Assembly: GCA_007378955.1 (NCBI GenBank)
Contig: VMGY01000007.1
Span: 8,644 to 72,643, forward strand
DNA from: Parcubacteria group bacterium Athens0714_12
GTDB lineage: Bacteria > Patescibacteriota > Patescibacteriia > UBA2591 > VMGY01
Reading direction: 5' to 3'
Length of the DNA stretch: 64,000 bases
The position numbers and the translations under genes were made by a program. The notes under the pieces are model-generated. The model had not been told where the DNA came from and did not search any database. It saw only the letters and a list, made by a program, of their open reading frames with translations. Below are positions 1 through 8,186 of the stretch, piece by piece; within the stretch, counting starts at the first letter, position 1, and every line of letters begins with the position of its first letter.

Positions 1-168
1 TTAAATACAATAAAAGAATTAAAGGAGATTAATGATAGAAATCTTTTTTTTGACATAATAGATAAAAACAAAAATATTATAAAAGAATGTAGCGGATTTA
101 ATAAAAGTATATATGAAATGAAGAAGAAACTTATTAATTTTTATAAGTCAATCCGACGGCAATGGTAA
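1..168 (+). CDS. 3' end of an unidentified CDS (partial, runs off window start)
   Basis: Frame 1 is open from base 1 to TAA at 166-168 (...KKKLINFYKSIRRQW*); no recognisable motif. Confidence 0.5.
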   Translation, partial: LNTIKELKEINDRNLFFDIIDKNKNIIKECSGFNKSIYEMKKKLINFYKSIRRQW

Positions 169-189
169 AATGAAAGATTTATTAGACGG
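150..189 (+). repeat. 40-bp direct repeat of ppdK 5' coding sequence (other copy 1046-1085)
   Basis: aatccgacggcaatggtaaaatgaaagatttattagacgg vs aatccgacggcaatggcaagatgaaagatttattaggcgg, 37/40 identical. Confidence 0.9.
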
Positions 190-196
190 ATAAATT

Positions 197-472
197 TTAT
201 TTTATTATTTTTATCGCCTTGCCGTTTATTAAAGCGTCAGAAATTTTTTTGTAAGCTGAAGATAAAATTCTTTGAAAAGTGCTTTGCGAGGTTTTCATTT
301 GTTCGGCGCATTCAATTTGCTCCAAATTTTTTATATTTTTCAACCTTAAAGCTTCCGCCTCTTCGGTAGTTAACTCAACCATTTCTAAAAACCTCATCGG
401 CACGCCTTGAGGTTTGAAATAAGTTATATTGGGGTTGAATCTAATTTTTCTGCAAAGTTTTGGCCTTGGCAT
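197..472 (-). CDS. DUF134 (UPF0251) predicted DNA-binding protein
   Basis: MPRP..CR.I...P...YFKP.G N-terminus, EEAEALRL and HTH-like Q.ECA.QM..SQSTFQRIL..A.KKI..AL..GK.I.I. Confidence 0.9.
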   Translation of the reverse strand: MPRPKLCRKIRFNPNITYFKPQGVPMRFLEMVELTTEEAEALRLKNIKNLEQIECAEQMKTSQSTFQRILSSAYKKISDALINGKAIKIIK

Positions 473-557
473 AATTTTAAAATAATGTTATTCTTCTAAT
501 AAAAGAAGGTTCCTCAGCCCTTCCTTTTTAAGAAAGGGCCGAGTTCACAGCCTTCTT

Positions 558-779
558 TTATTTTTGCCCTTTTAGTTCGGATAAACGTTCTTTAATCGCC
601 TTTAATTCTTTTTCTAGAGTTTCAACTTCTTCGTTTAATATTTCAGACTCTTCTTTTTTAGTATAAAAATTTCTCCAACCGAATCCTCTGCCTCTGGCCA
701 TGCCGCTACCGCAGGGACCCATTCCCCAGCCAGTTCCCTGGTCGTATCCTAAAGGGCCTGTTCCATTGTATCTTGGCAT
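558..779 (-). CDS. DUF5320 family protein
   Basis: MPRYNGTGP.G....TG.G.GPC Gly-rich N-terminus plus C-terminal coiled coil; typical DUF134 neighbour. Confidence 0.85.
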   Translation of the reverse strand: MPRYNGTGPLGYDQGTGWGMGPCGSGMARGRGFGWRNFYTKKEESEILNEEVETLEKELKAIKERLSELKGQK

Positions 780-842
780 AATTTTATCCTCCTGGTAATT
801 TATGATTATATTTAATAACTCGACCTTTATAATAATTATCTA

Positions 843-876
843 TTATGAGTATATACCCATAACTATATTTTGTCAA
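843..876 (-). promoter_or_regulatory. Sigma70 promoter of the DUF5320-DUF134 operon with an overlapping palindromic operator
   Basis: Minus strand TTGACA (876-871)-17 bp-TATACT (853-848); palindrome ttatgagtatatacccataa (843-862, 9/10 pairs) covers the -10. Confidence 0.6.
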
Positions 877-978
877 GTAAACTATTGAGCAAATTTTATT
901 TTTAGTGTAAAATTAAATAATTAAGTTTCTCTCCTTAATTTTTTATCTTAAACAGAAGGGATAAAAAAGGAATTTTTT

Positions 979-3660
979 ATGAAAAAAGGCAAAAAAATGA
1001 ACAAAGCCAAAACAGAGAAGTTCGTCTATTTTTTCGGCGCCGGCAAATCCGACGGCAATGGCAAGATGAAAGATTTATTAGGCGGCAAAGGAGCGAACTT
1101 GGCGGAAATGACCAATATCGGCGTGCCCGTGCCCCCCGGTTTTACGATTATCACAAAGGTTTGCAATTATTTTTCTGCTCAAGGAAAAGTTCCAACCGAG
1201 TTAAACGGCCAGATGAGAACAGCTTTAATAAAATTGGAAAAGATTGCTGAAAAGAAATTCGGCGATGTCGCGAATCCTTTATTGGTTTCTGTCCGTAGCG
1301 GCGCTAAATTTTCTATGCCCGGCATGATGGATACGATTTTAAACCTCGGCCTGAACGATAAAACAGTTGAAGGATTGGCTGAATTGACCAATAACGCCCG
1401 TTTCGCTTACGACGCTTACCGCCGTTTTATTCAGATGTTTGGCAATGTGGTTTTGGGAATTGAAAAAGAAGTTTTTGAAGAAATTTTAACTCACAAAAAA
1501 GAAATTTTAAAAATAAAATTAGACATAGAGATGAATGAAACCGCTTTGAAAGAATTGGTCAGAGAGTTTGAGGAAACGATTAAAGAAAAAACAAAAAAGA
1601 CTTTTCCTCAAGATGTTTATCGCCAGCTGGAAATGGCGCGGGACGCGGTTTTTAAATCATGGAATAATCCGCGGGCCGTCACTTACCGACGGCTTAATAA
1701 AATCGCCGATGATTTGGGCACAGCGGTTAATGTTCAGGCAATGGTTTTCGGCAATATGGGCAATGATTGCGCCACGGGCGTCGGCTTTACCAGAAATCCG
1801 GCCACTGGCGAAAAAGTTTTTTACGGCGAATATTTATTAAACGCGCAGGGCGAAGACGTGGTTGCCGGCATTCGCACTCCTCGCCAAATTGCTGACTTGA
1901 AAAAAGAAATGCCCAAAGTTTTCGAGCAATTAAAAAAGATTACCAATAGATTAGAGAAGGATTATAAAGACGTGCAGGATTTTGAATTTACGGTGGAAAA
2001 AAATAAATTGTATATGCTTCAGACCAGAAACGGAAAAAGAACCGCTCAAGCGGCGGTTAAAATCGCCGTTGATATGGTCAAGGAAAAATTAATCAAAAAA
2101 GAAGAGGCATTGACGCGGCTTGAGCCGGAACAAATAGACCAGTTGCTCCATCCGATTTTTGACCCAAAGATTAAAATTAACGCTATTGTCAAAGGCCTGC
2201 CGGCTTCACCGGGCGCGGCCGTGGGCAAGGTTGTTTTTACGGCTGATGAAGCGGCGGCAGTCGGCGATAAGGAAAAAGTTATTTTAGTCCGCACGGAAAC
2301 TTGCCCTGATGATATACATGGCATGGATGCCGCTCAAGGAATTTTAACTAGCCGCGGAGGAATGACTTCGCACGCCGCGGTTGTCGCCAGAGGTATGGGC
2401 AAATGCTGTGTCGTTGGCTGCGAAGAAGTAAAAGTTAATGAAAAAAAGAAAGAATTAAAAATTAAAGATAAGACAATTAAAGAAGGTGATTGGATTAGTT
2501 TAAATGGTTCAACCGGAGAAGTGATTTTAGGAAAAGTCGCCACGATTGAGCCGAAATTAAGTGGCGAGTTCGGCGAATTTATGAAATGGGCGGACCAAAT
2601 CCGCAAATTAAAAGTTCGGGCCAATGCCGACATCCCCCACGACGCTCAAGTGGCGCGCGGTTTCGGCGCTGAAGGAATCGGCTTATGCCGTACTGAACAT
2701 ATGTTTTTTGCCGAAGACAGGTTGCCGATGATGCAGGAAATGATTTTGGCGGATAATGAAAATGCTCGCCGTAAAGCTTTAAATAAATTATTAAATTTGC
2801 AGAAAAAAGATTTTAAAGGATTGTTTAAAGAAATGAAAGGTTATCCGGTGACGATTCGTTTATTAGACCCTCCTTTACATGAATTTTTGCCCAAAAGGGA
2901 AGAATTAATGAAGGAAGCGGCGGTAATGAAAGCGACGGGAGTTGATAAAAAAGAGCTTGAAAAGAAAGAAAAATTATTAATCAGAGTTGAAGAATTGCAC
3001 GAAGTAAATCCAATGTTAGGCCATCGAGGCTGCAGATTAGGCATTGTTTATCCGGAAATTACCGAGATGCAAGTTAAGGCGATTGTATCAGCCGCTTGCG
3101 AATTAGCCAAGGAAAAAGAAAAAATTATTCCGGAAATAATGGTGCCTTTGGTCGGGCATGTCAATGAATTAAAAAATCAAAAAGAGCTGATTAAAAAAGT
3201 CGCCCAAGAAACGATGAAGAGCTATGGGGTGAAAATAAAATATATGGTCGGCACGATGATTGAAGTTCCGAGAGCGGCGGTGACTGCCAATGAGATTGCT
3301 CAAGAGGCGGAATTTTTCTCTTTCGGCACTAATGATTTGACACAAATGGGTTTTGGTTTCAGCCGCGACGACGCCGGCAAATTCATAAAAATTTATATTA
3401 AAGATAAAATTTTAGAAGAAGACCCATTTCAGGTTTTAGACCAAAATGGCATCGGCCAGTTAGTCAAAATAGGTGTAGAAAAAGGCAGAAAAACCAAAAA
3501 AGATTTAAAGGTGGGAATTTGCGGCGAGCATGGCGGCGAACCAAGCTCGGTGATATTTTGTCACAATGTCGGCTTGAATTATGTAAGTTGTTCGCCTTAT
3601 CGCGTGCCCATTGCCCGCTTAGCGGCCGCTCAAGCGGTGATTTTTGGAAAAAAGAAATAA
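979..3660 (+). CDS. ppdK: Pyruvate, phosphate dikinase (start may be ATG 997)
   Basis: LLGGKGANLAEM, VSVRSGAKFSMPGMMDT, phospho-His motif GGMTSHAAVVARG, FFSFGTNDLTQ, GICGEHGG. Confidence 0.99.
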   Translation: MKKGKKMNKAKTEKFVYFFGAGKSDGNGKMKDLLGGKGANLAEMTNIGVPVPPGFTIITKVCNYFSAQGKVPTELNGQMRTALIKLEKIAEKKFGDVANPLLVSVRSGAKFSMPGMMDTILNLGLNDKTVEGLAELTNNARFAYDAYRRFIQMFGNVVLGIEKEVFEEILTHKKEILKIKLDIEMNETALKELVREFEETIKEKTKKTFPQDVYRQLEMARDAVFKSWNNPRAVTYRRLNKIADDLGTAVNVQAMVFGNMGNDCATGVGFTRNPATGEKVFYGEYLLNAQGEDVVAGIRTPRQIADLKKEMPKVFEQLKKITNRLEKDYKDVQDFEFTVEKNKLYMLQTRNGKRTAQAAVKIAVDMVKEKLIKKEEALTRLEPEQIDQLLHPIFDPKIKINAIVKGLPASPGAAVGKVVFTADEAAAVGDKEKVILVRTETCPDDIHGMDAAQGILTSRGGMTSHAAVVARGMGKCCVVGCEEVKVNEKKKELKIKDKTIKEGDWISLNGSTGEVILGKVATIEPKLSGEFGEFMKWADQIRKLKVRANADIPHDAQVARGFGAEGIGLCRTEHMFFAEDRLPMMQEMILADNENARRKALNKLLNLQKKDFKGLFKEMKGYPVTIRLLDPPLHEFLPKREELMKEAAVMKATGVDKKELEKKEKLLIRVEELHEVNPMLGHRGCRLGIVYPEITEMQVKAIVSAACELAKEKEKIIPEIMVPLVGHVNELKNQKELIKKVAQETMKSYGVKIKYMVGTMIEVPRAAVTANEIAQEAEFFSFGTNDLTQMGFGFSRDDAGKFIKIYIKDKILEEDPFQVLDQNGIGQLVKIGVEKGRKTKKDLKVGICGEHGGEPSSVIFCHNVGLNYVSCSPYRVPIARLAAAQAVIFGKKK

Positions 3661-3666
3661 TTTTAA

Positions 3667-3698
3667 GGCGACTAAAATTTTGCAAAATTTTAGTCGCC
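3667..3698. repeat. Perfect 32-bp palindrome between ppdK and ferredoxin
   Basis: ggcgactaaaattttgcaaaattttagtcgcc is its own reverse complement. Confidence 0.9.
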
Positions 3699-3715
3699 GG
3701 TTATAATAAAAATCT

Positions 3716-3913
3716 ATGCCTTACAAAATTGAACAAGATTATGAAAAATGCATTGGCTGCGGGAGTTGTACTTCTGTCTGCGCCGGCAATTGGGAAATGA
3801 AAGACGACGGCAAAGCGCATCCAGTCCAAGAAGAAGTTGAAGAAATTGGTTGCAATAAAGAAGCGGAAGAAATCTGCCCGGTCCAATGCATTAAAATTAG
3901 TCCGCAAAAGTAA
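3716..3913 (+). CDS. Ferredoxin (single 4Fe-4S/3Fe-4S cluster)
   Basis: CIGCGSCTSVC ... EEICPVQCI, 65 aa. Confidence 0.93.
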   Translation: MPYKIEQDYEKCIGCGSCTSVCAGNWEMKDDGKAHPVQEEVEEIGCNKEAEEICPVQCIKISPQK

Positions 3914-3921
3914 TTGAAAAT

Positions 3922-3965
3922 AAAAAACCGGGTGATGTCTTTTTTAGGCCATCGCTCGATTTTTT
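3922..3965. terminator. Probable intrinsic terminator after ferredoxin (possibly bidirectional)
   Basis: Imperfect stem cgggtgatg...catcgctcg flanked by A and T runs. Confidence 0.55.
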
Positions 3966-3985
3966 ATTTTATTATTTTTTTACAT

Positions 3986-4054
3986 TTATTTGCCTAAAAG
4001 AATTTTTAGGGAAAACATAGTTAATCCAATAACCAAATGCGTATAAGTTTGCAT
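3986..4054 (-). CDS. Possible 22-aa hydrophobic small protein MQTYTHLVIGLTMFSLKILLGK
   Basis: SD-like GAGGGTGA just upstream of ATG, boxA-like TGCTCTTTA in leader, terminator downstream. Confidence 0.35.
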   Translation of the reverse strand: MQTYTHLVIGLTMFSLKILLGK

Positions 4055-4176
4055 CTTTTTCACCCTCATTTTTCATTCATTTTTTTAAAAAAGTAAAGAG
4101 CAAAAGATGGCTTTAAAAAATGTAATAATAGACTATGTTTTTGTAAAATTTTATTTTTATGATATTATTTAATTAT

Positions 4177-4737
4177 ATGGATATGTTTGAAATAACTATT
4201 TGCGGGCGCGGCGGCCAAGGGTCAAAATTGGCAGCCCAAATTTTAGCCGAAGCGGCGCTGGAAGACGGAAAATACAGCCAGGCTTTTTCCCAATACGGGC
4301 CGGAAAGAACAGGCGCGCCGGTTACCAGCTACGCGAGAATTTCCAATCAGCCGATTTTGACGCATCAGCCGATTATAAAGCCCAACGCGGTTTTGATTTT
4401 AGATTCAAGTTTGTTGAAAGATTTGAATTTTAATAATGACGAAGTTTTGATTATTAATATTTGCCCTAATATAAAATTAGAAAAATTAAAAAATAAAACT
4501 TACAAGATAGACGCTTCTGACATTGCTTTAAAAATTTTAGGCAAGGACTTGCCGAATGTCGCCATGCTGGGAGCTTTGATAAAAATAACCGATTTATTGA
4601 AACTGCCTTCTTTGGAGAAAAGAATAAAAGAATATTTTGCCAAAAAATATAACGACAAAATGGCGGAACAAAATATTAAAGCGTTGCAAGAAGGTTATAA
4701 AACAATTTTATGCCCGGTAGTACAATTTCGAAAATAA
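4177..4737 (+). CDS. porC: Pyruvate/2-oxoacid:ferredoxin oxidoreductase gamma subunit
   Basis: EITICGRGGQG, QYGPERTGAPV..YARIS, NVAMLGAL; last residues are encoded by the inserted element. Confidence 0.95.
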   Translation: MDMFEITICGRGGQGSKLAAQILAEAALEDGKYSQAFSQYGPERTGAPVTSYARISNQPILTHQPIIKPNAVLILDSSLLKDLNFNNDEVLIINICPNIKLEKLKNKTYKIDASDIALKILGKDLPNVAMLGALIKITDLLKLPSLEKRIKEYFAKKYNDKMAEQNIKALQEGYKTILCPVVQFRK

Positions 4738-5030
4738 TTGTTAAACAAAAATTCGTCGCATATTACTGGGTTTACATTTTAGAAAGTGTAAACGATAAAA
4801 AAAGATATATAGGATTCGCTACTGATATCAAAAAAAGAATTAGAGAGCATAATAGCGGCATGGTTGTTTCCACAAATTATAGAAAACCGTTAAAATTGAT
4901 TTACGCCGAATTATGTTTAAACCAGAAAGATGCGAGAAGAAGAGAAAATTATTTTAAGAGAACTGGCGGTCGAAGATTTTTAGCCAAAAGACTAAAAGAG
5001 TATTATAAAATAAATAACAATTTTGAATAA
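4710..5030 (+). CDS. Small GIY-YIG (Slx1/UPF0213-like) nuclease
   Basis: WVYILES....RYIGFATDIKKRIREHNSG...ST..RKPLKLIYAE......DARRRE.YFK. Confidence 0.92.
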   Translation: MPGSTISKIIVKQKFVAYYWVYILESVNDKKRYIGFATDIKKRIREHNSGMVVSTNYRKPLKLIYAELCLNQKDARRRENYFKRTGGRRFLAKRLKEYYKINNNFE

Positions 5031-5057
5031 TAAATAATTCGAAGTTGTACTACCGGG
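4713..5057 (+). mobile_element. 345-bp TIR element carrying a GIY-YIG nuclease gene, TATG target duplication
   Basis: TIR cccggtagtacaatttcgaa (4713-4732) / ttcgaagttgtactaccggg (5038-5057), 19/20; TATG at 4709-4712 and 5058-5061. Confidence 0.85.
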
Positions 5058-5058
5058 T

Positions 5059-5340
5059 ATGTTAAAATCGTCATCACAAATTCCATTGGGAGGCAATATT
5101 ATAAAGCCGGGTAATTCATCTGAATATAAAACCGGCAATTGGAAAACTTTTTCCCCGGTTTGGGACAAAGATAAATGCGCCCAATGTTTGATTTGTCCCG
5201 TGAATTGCCCGGAAAATTGCATTCCCGTGAAAGAGGGCAAGCGCCTTGAAACTAATTTTGATTTTTGCAAAGGTTGCGGAATATGCAGCCAAGTTTGTCC
5301 ATTCGGAGCGATACATATGAAAAAGTGCCAGACTTCTTAA
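5059..5340 (+). CDS. porD: Pyruvate:ferredoxin oxidoreductase delta subunit
   Basis: KTGNWKTFSPVWDKDKC, two CxxCxxCxxxCP motifs (CKGCGICSQVCP). Confidence 0.95.
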   Translation: MLKSSSQIPLGGNIIKPGNSSEYKTGNWKTFSPVWDKDKCAQCLICPVNCPENCIPVKEGKRLETNFDFCKGCGICSQVCPFGAIHMKKCQTS

Positions 5341-5354
5341 ATTTTAAGTTATTT

Positions 5355-6527
5355 ATGAAAAATTTGAATAAAAATAAATATCAGGCGTTAATCGGCGGCC
5401 ACGCGGCGGCCGAAGCCATGCGGCAGATTAATCCGGAAGTAGTGGCCGCTTATCCGATTACGCCGCAAACGCCCATTATAGAAAAATTCGCCGAGTTTGC
5501 GGCTGATAAAAAAGTAGACACTGAATTTATTTGCGCGGAGTCCGAGCATTCGGCTTTAAGCGCCACGGTGGGCGCGTCAGCCGCCGGCGTGAGAGCGATG
5601 ACCGCCACTTCAAGCCAAGGGCTGGCTTTGATGAATGAAATTTTAAGCGTGGCGTCGGGCTTGCGTTTGCCGATTGTGATGCCAATGGTGAATCGCGCTC
5701 TTTCGGCGCCGATTAATATCCATTGCGACCATAGCGATTCAATGTCCGCCCGCGATTTGGGCTGGATTCAGATTTTTTGCGAGACAGCCCAAGAAGTTTA
5801 CGAATATACTTTTTTCGCTTTAAAGTTGGCGGAAAAAGTTTTATTGCCGGCCATGGTGATGCAGGATGGTTTTTCCACTTCTCACAATGTTGAGCCGGTT
5901 AAAATTTATCCTGATAAAATAATTAAAAAATTTATCGGCCAATACAAACCAAAATATTCTTTGCTTGATATAAAAAAACCCATTACTGTCGGGCCTTTGG
6001 TTTTACCTGATTATTATTTTGAAATTAAATATCAAGAAATAGAAGCGATGGAGGAAGCGCGAAAAGTTTATTTGGAAACAGGAAAAGAATTAAAAAAAAT
6101 TACCGGCAATAATTATCCTTATTTTGAGAAATATAAATTAGATGACGCCGAGGCGGCGATAGTAGTCAGCAGCTCTTCCGCCGGCACGGCCAAGGCAGTA
6201 ATAGATAAATTAAGAAAAGAAGGCAAAAAAGTCGGCTTGTTAAAACCAATTTTATTCAGGCCGTTTCCTCAAAAAGAAATAAGGGAAAGCTTAAAAAATT
6301 TAAAAATAATAGCGGTTTTGGACAGATCGGTTTCTTTCGGCGGCGAGGCGCCGCTTTTCAGCGAGATAAAAAATTCTCTTTATCCTTTGGATAAGAAGCC
6401 GTTGTTGCAAAGTTATGTTTTTGGCTTGGGAGGAAGAGATCTTTTTGAACAAGAAGTAGAAGAAGTTTTTGAAGAATTATTAAAAAATAAAACAGGGCAA
6501 GTTAAATATATCGGTCTAAGAAAATAA
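5355..6527 (+). CDS. porA: Pyruvate:ferredoxin oxidoreductase alpha subunit
   Basis: AAYPITPQT, ESEHSA, TATSSQGLALM, NRALSAPINIHCDHSD; start reset to ATG 5355. Confidence 0.97.
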   Translation: MKNLNKNKYQALIGGHAAAEAMRQINPEVVAAYPITPQTPIIEKFAEFAADKKVDTEFICAESEHSALSATVGASAAGVRAMTATSSQGLALMNEILSVASGLRLPIVMPMVNRALSAPINIHCDHSDSMSARDLGWIQIFCETAQEVYEYTFFALKLAEKVLLPAMVMQDGFSTSHNVEPVKIYPDKIIKKFIGQYKPKYSLLDIKKPITVGPLVLPDYYFEIKYQEIEAMEEARKVYLETGKELKKITGNNYPYFEKYKLDDAEAAIVVSSSSAGTAKAVIDKLRKEGKKVGLLKPILFRPFPQKEIRESLKNLKIIAVLDRSVSFGGEAPLFSEIKNSLYPLDKKPLLQSYVFGLGGRDLFEQEVEEVFEELLKNKTGQVKYIGLRK

Positions 6528-6532
6528 ATATG

Positions 6533-6675
6533 CCCGGTAGGACAATTTTGACCAAGATTTTTCTTTTAGAAAAATCTAAAATTTACCAGGCTTAAAAATA
6601 ATTTATAATTTTATTAAAAGATAATTAATTTAAAAATTTTGACCAAAACAATAATGTCAAAATTGTACTACCGGG
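6533..6675 (+). mobile_element. 143-bp non-coding MITE-like element with the same TIR family as 4713-5057, TATG duplication at the porB start
   Basis: cccggtaggacaattttgac (6533-6552) / gtcaaaattgtactaccggg (6656-6675), 19/20; TATG at 6529-6532 and 6676-6679. Confidence 0.85.
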
Positions 6676-6676
6676 T

Positions 6677-7585
6677 ATGGATATCAAAACATTAGCTCAA
6701 AAAATAGATTCCGATAAAAAATTGGTTTCAGGCCACAGAACTTGTGCCGGTTGTGCCATTCCTATTATTGTCAGAACAATTTTATCTGCCACTGATAATT
6801 TTTTAGTAGCGGCTAATTCTACGGGTTGCATGGAAGTGACGACAACTATTTATCCTTATACTTCATGGAATATACCTTGGATTCATAATGCTTTTGAAAA
6901 TGTGGCGGCAACTCTTTCCGGAATAGAAGGCGCGTTTAAGGCTTTAAGAAAAAAAGGAAAAATAGACAAAGAAATTAAATTTGTGGCTTTTGGCGGCGAT
7001 GGCGGGCTTTATGATATAGGTTTGCAGTCATTGTCAGGCGCTTTGGAAAGAGGTCATAATTGCCTTTATGTTTGTTATAATAATGAAGCGTATCAGAATA
7101 CCGGCGGCCAACGTTCCTCGGGAACTTCAAAGGGTTCCATTACCACCACTACGCCAAAGGGTAAAAAAGAAGCCCGAAAAGATTTAATGCGGATTGTTTT
7201 GGCGCATCATATAGATTATGCCGCGCAGGCCGCGGTTCATAATATTTTAGACCTTTACCAAAAAGCGGAAAAAGCATTTAACGCAAAAGGCCCCAGTTTT
7301 TTAAATGTTTTATCGCCTTGCACTTTAAATTGGGGATTTATGCCAAATTCAACCATCAAGATTTCAAAATTGGCGGCTGACACTTGCTTTTGGCCGCTTT
7401 ATGAAGTAGAAAAAGGAAAATATAAATTAAATTATAATCCTTTTAAGAAATTGCCTCTTGAAGAATTTTTTAAGCTTCAAAAAAGATTTAGTTATCTTTT
7501 AAAGCCGGAAAATAAAAATTTTCTCAATGAAATTCAAAATGAAGTTGATGATAATTGGGAAGAGCTTCTAAAAAAATCCGGTTAA
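6677..7585 (+). CDS. porB: Pyruvate:ferredoxin oxidoreductase beta subunit
   Basis: GHRTCAGC, TGCMEV, TPP motif GGDGG...NNEAYQNTGGQ.S, SPC...W. Confidence 0.97.
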   Translation: MDIKTLAQKIDSDKKLVSGHRTCAGCAIPIIVRTILSATDNFLVAANSTGCMEVTTTIYPYTSWNIPWIHNAFENVAATLSGIEGAFKALRKKGKIDKEIKFVAFGGDGGLYDIGLQSLSGALERGHNCLYVCYNNEAYQNTGGQRSSGTSKGSITTTTPKGKKEARKDLMRIVLAHHIDYAAQAAVHNILDLYQKAEKAFNAKGPSFLNVLSPCTLNWGFMPNSTIKISKLAADTCFWPLYEVEKGKYKLNYNPFKKLPLEEFFKLQKRFSYLLKPENKNFLNEIQNEVDDNWEELLKKSG

Positions 7586-7667
7586 TTTTAATTTTTTTTA
7601 TTTACTGTTTATTAAAAAGTTGTAAATTGCCATCGCCATGCTGGTGAGTCATGAGTTCATAAATTTT

Positions 7668-7700
7668 TAGTTATAAGTTATTGGTTGTAAGTTGTAAGTT
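7668..7700. repeat. Degenerate heptamer tandem repeat
   Basis: tagttataagttattggttgtaagttgtaagtt; near-identical tract at 7788-7820. Confidence 0.8.
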
Positions 7701-7705
7701 ATCCC

Positions 7706-7779
7706 TGGTGCCCCCACCAGGATTCGAACCTGGGTTTACTGCTTAAGAGGCAGCTACTCTACCATTGAGTTATGGGGGC
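7706..7779 (-). tRNA. tRNA-Lys(CTT)
   Basis: Cloverleaf; anticodon arm gctgc-ctCTTaa-gcagt; GGTTCGAATCC; encoded CCA. Confidence 0.95.
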
Positions 7780-7826
7780 TAAAAATTTAGTTGTAGGTTG
7801 TTGGTTGTAAGTTGTAAGTTTATCTG

Positions 7827-7901
7827 TGGTGCCTTCGGAGGGATTCGAACCCCCAACAACTGCTCCGAAGGCAGTCGTGATATCCATTTCACTACGAAGG
7901 C
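7827..7901 (-). tRNA. tRNA-Arg(TCG)
   Basis: Cloverleaf; anticodon arm actgc-ctTCGga-gcagt; GGTTCGAATCC; encoded CCA. Confidence 0.95.
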
Positions 7902-8085
7902 GTAAAATCATTTTTGTATTTTTTATCGCGTTTTGAAAAGTTTATCTCAATTCTACGGTGTTTTGGGCTTATTGTCAATAATTTTCGCGTGCGAAATTAA
8001 TTTTTATTAAATCAAAAAGAATAGTTAAAAAAGACCCTTAAGCGGGCCTTTTTTAGTTTTTAAAAACAAATTCGGCGTTATAATT

Positions 8086-8159
8086 ACCTTGAATTACGAA
8101 ATAGAGTGACCCCGAAAGAGGAGGGGGTTTGTGAAAAAACGCGTTTCGTAATTCAAAAT
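8086..8159. mobile_element. 74-bp MITE-like element (ttgaattacgaaa TIR family), AATT duplication
   Basis: accttgaattacgaaa (8086-8101) / tttcgtaattcaaaat (8144-8159); AATT at 8082-8085 and 8160-8163; same TIR as 48605-48743. Confidence 0.7.
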
Positions 8160-8186
8160 AATTAAGTTTCGTCGATTTATAAAAAT

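Noticed and set aside
5265-5354. PorA extension overlapping porD
   Set aside because: Artefact of longest-ORF calling; homology starts after ATG 5355.
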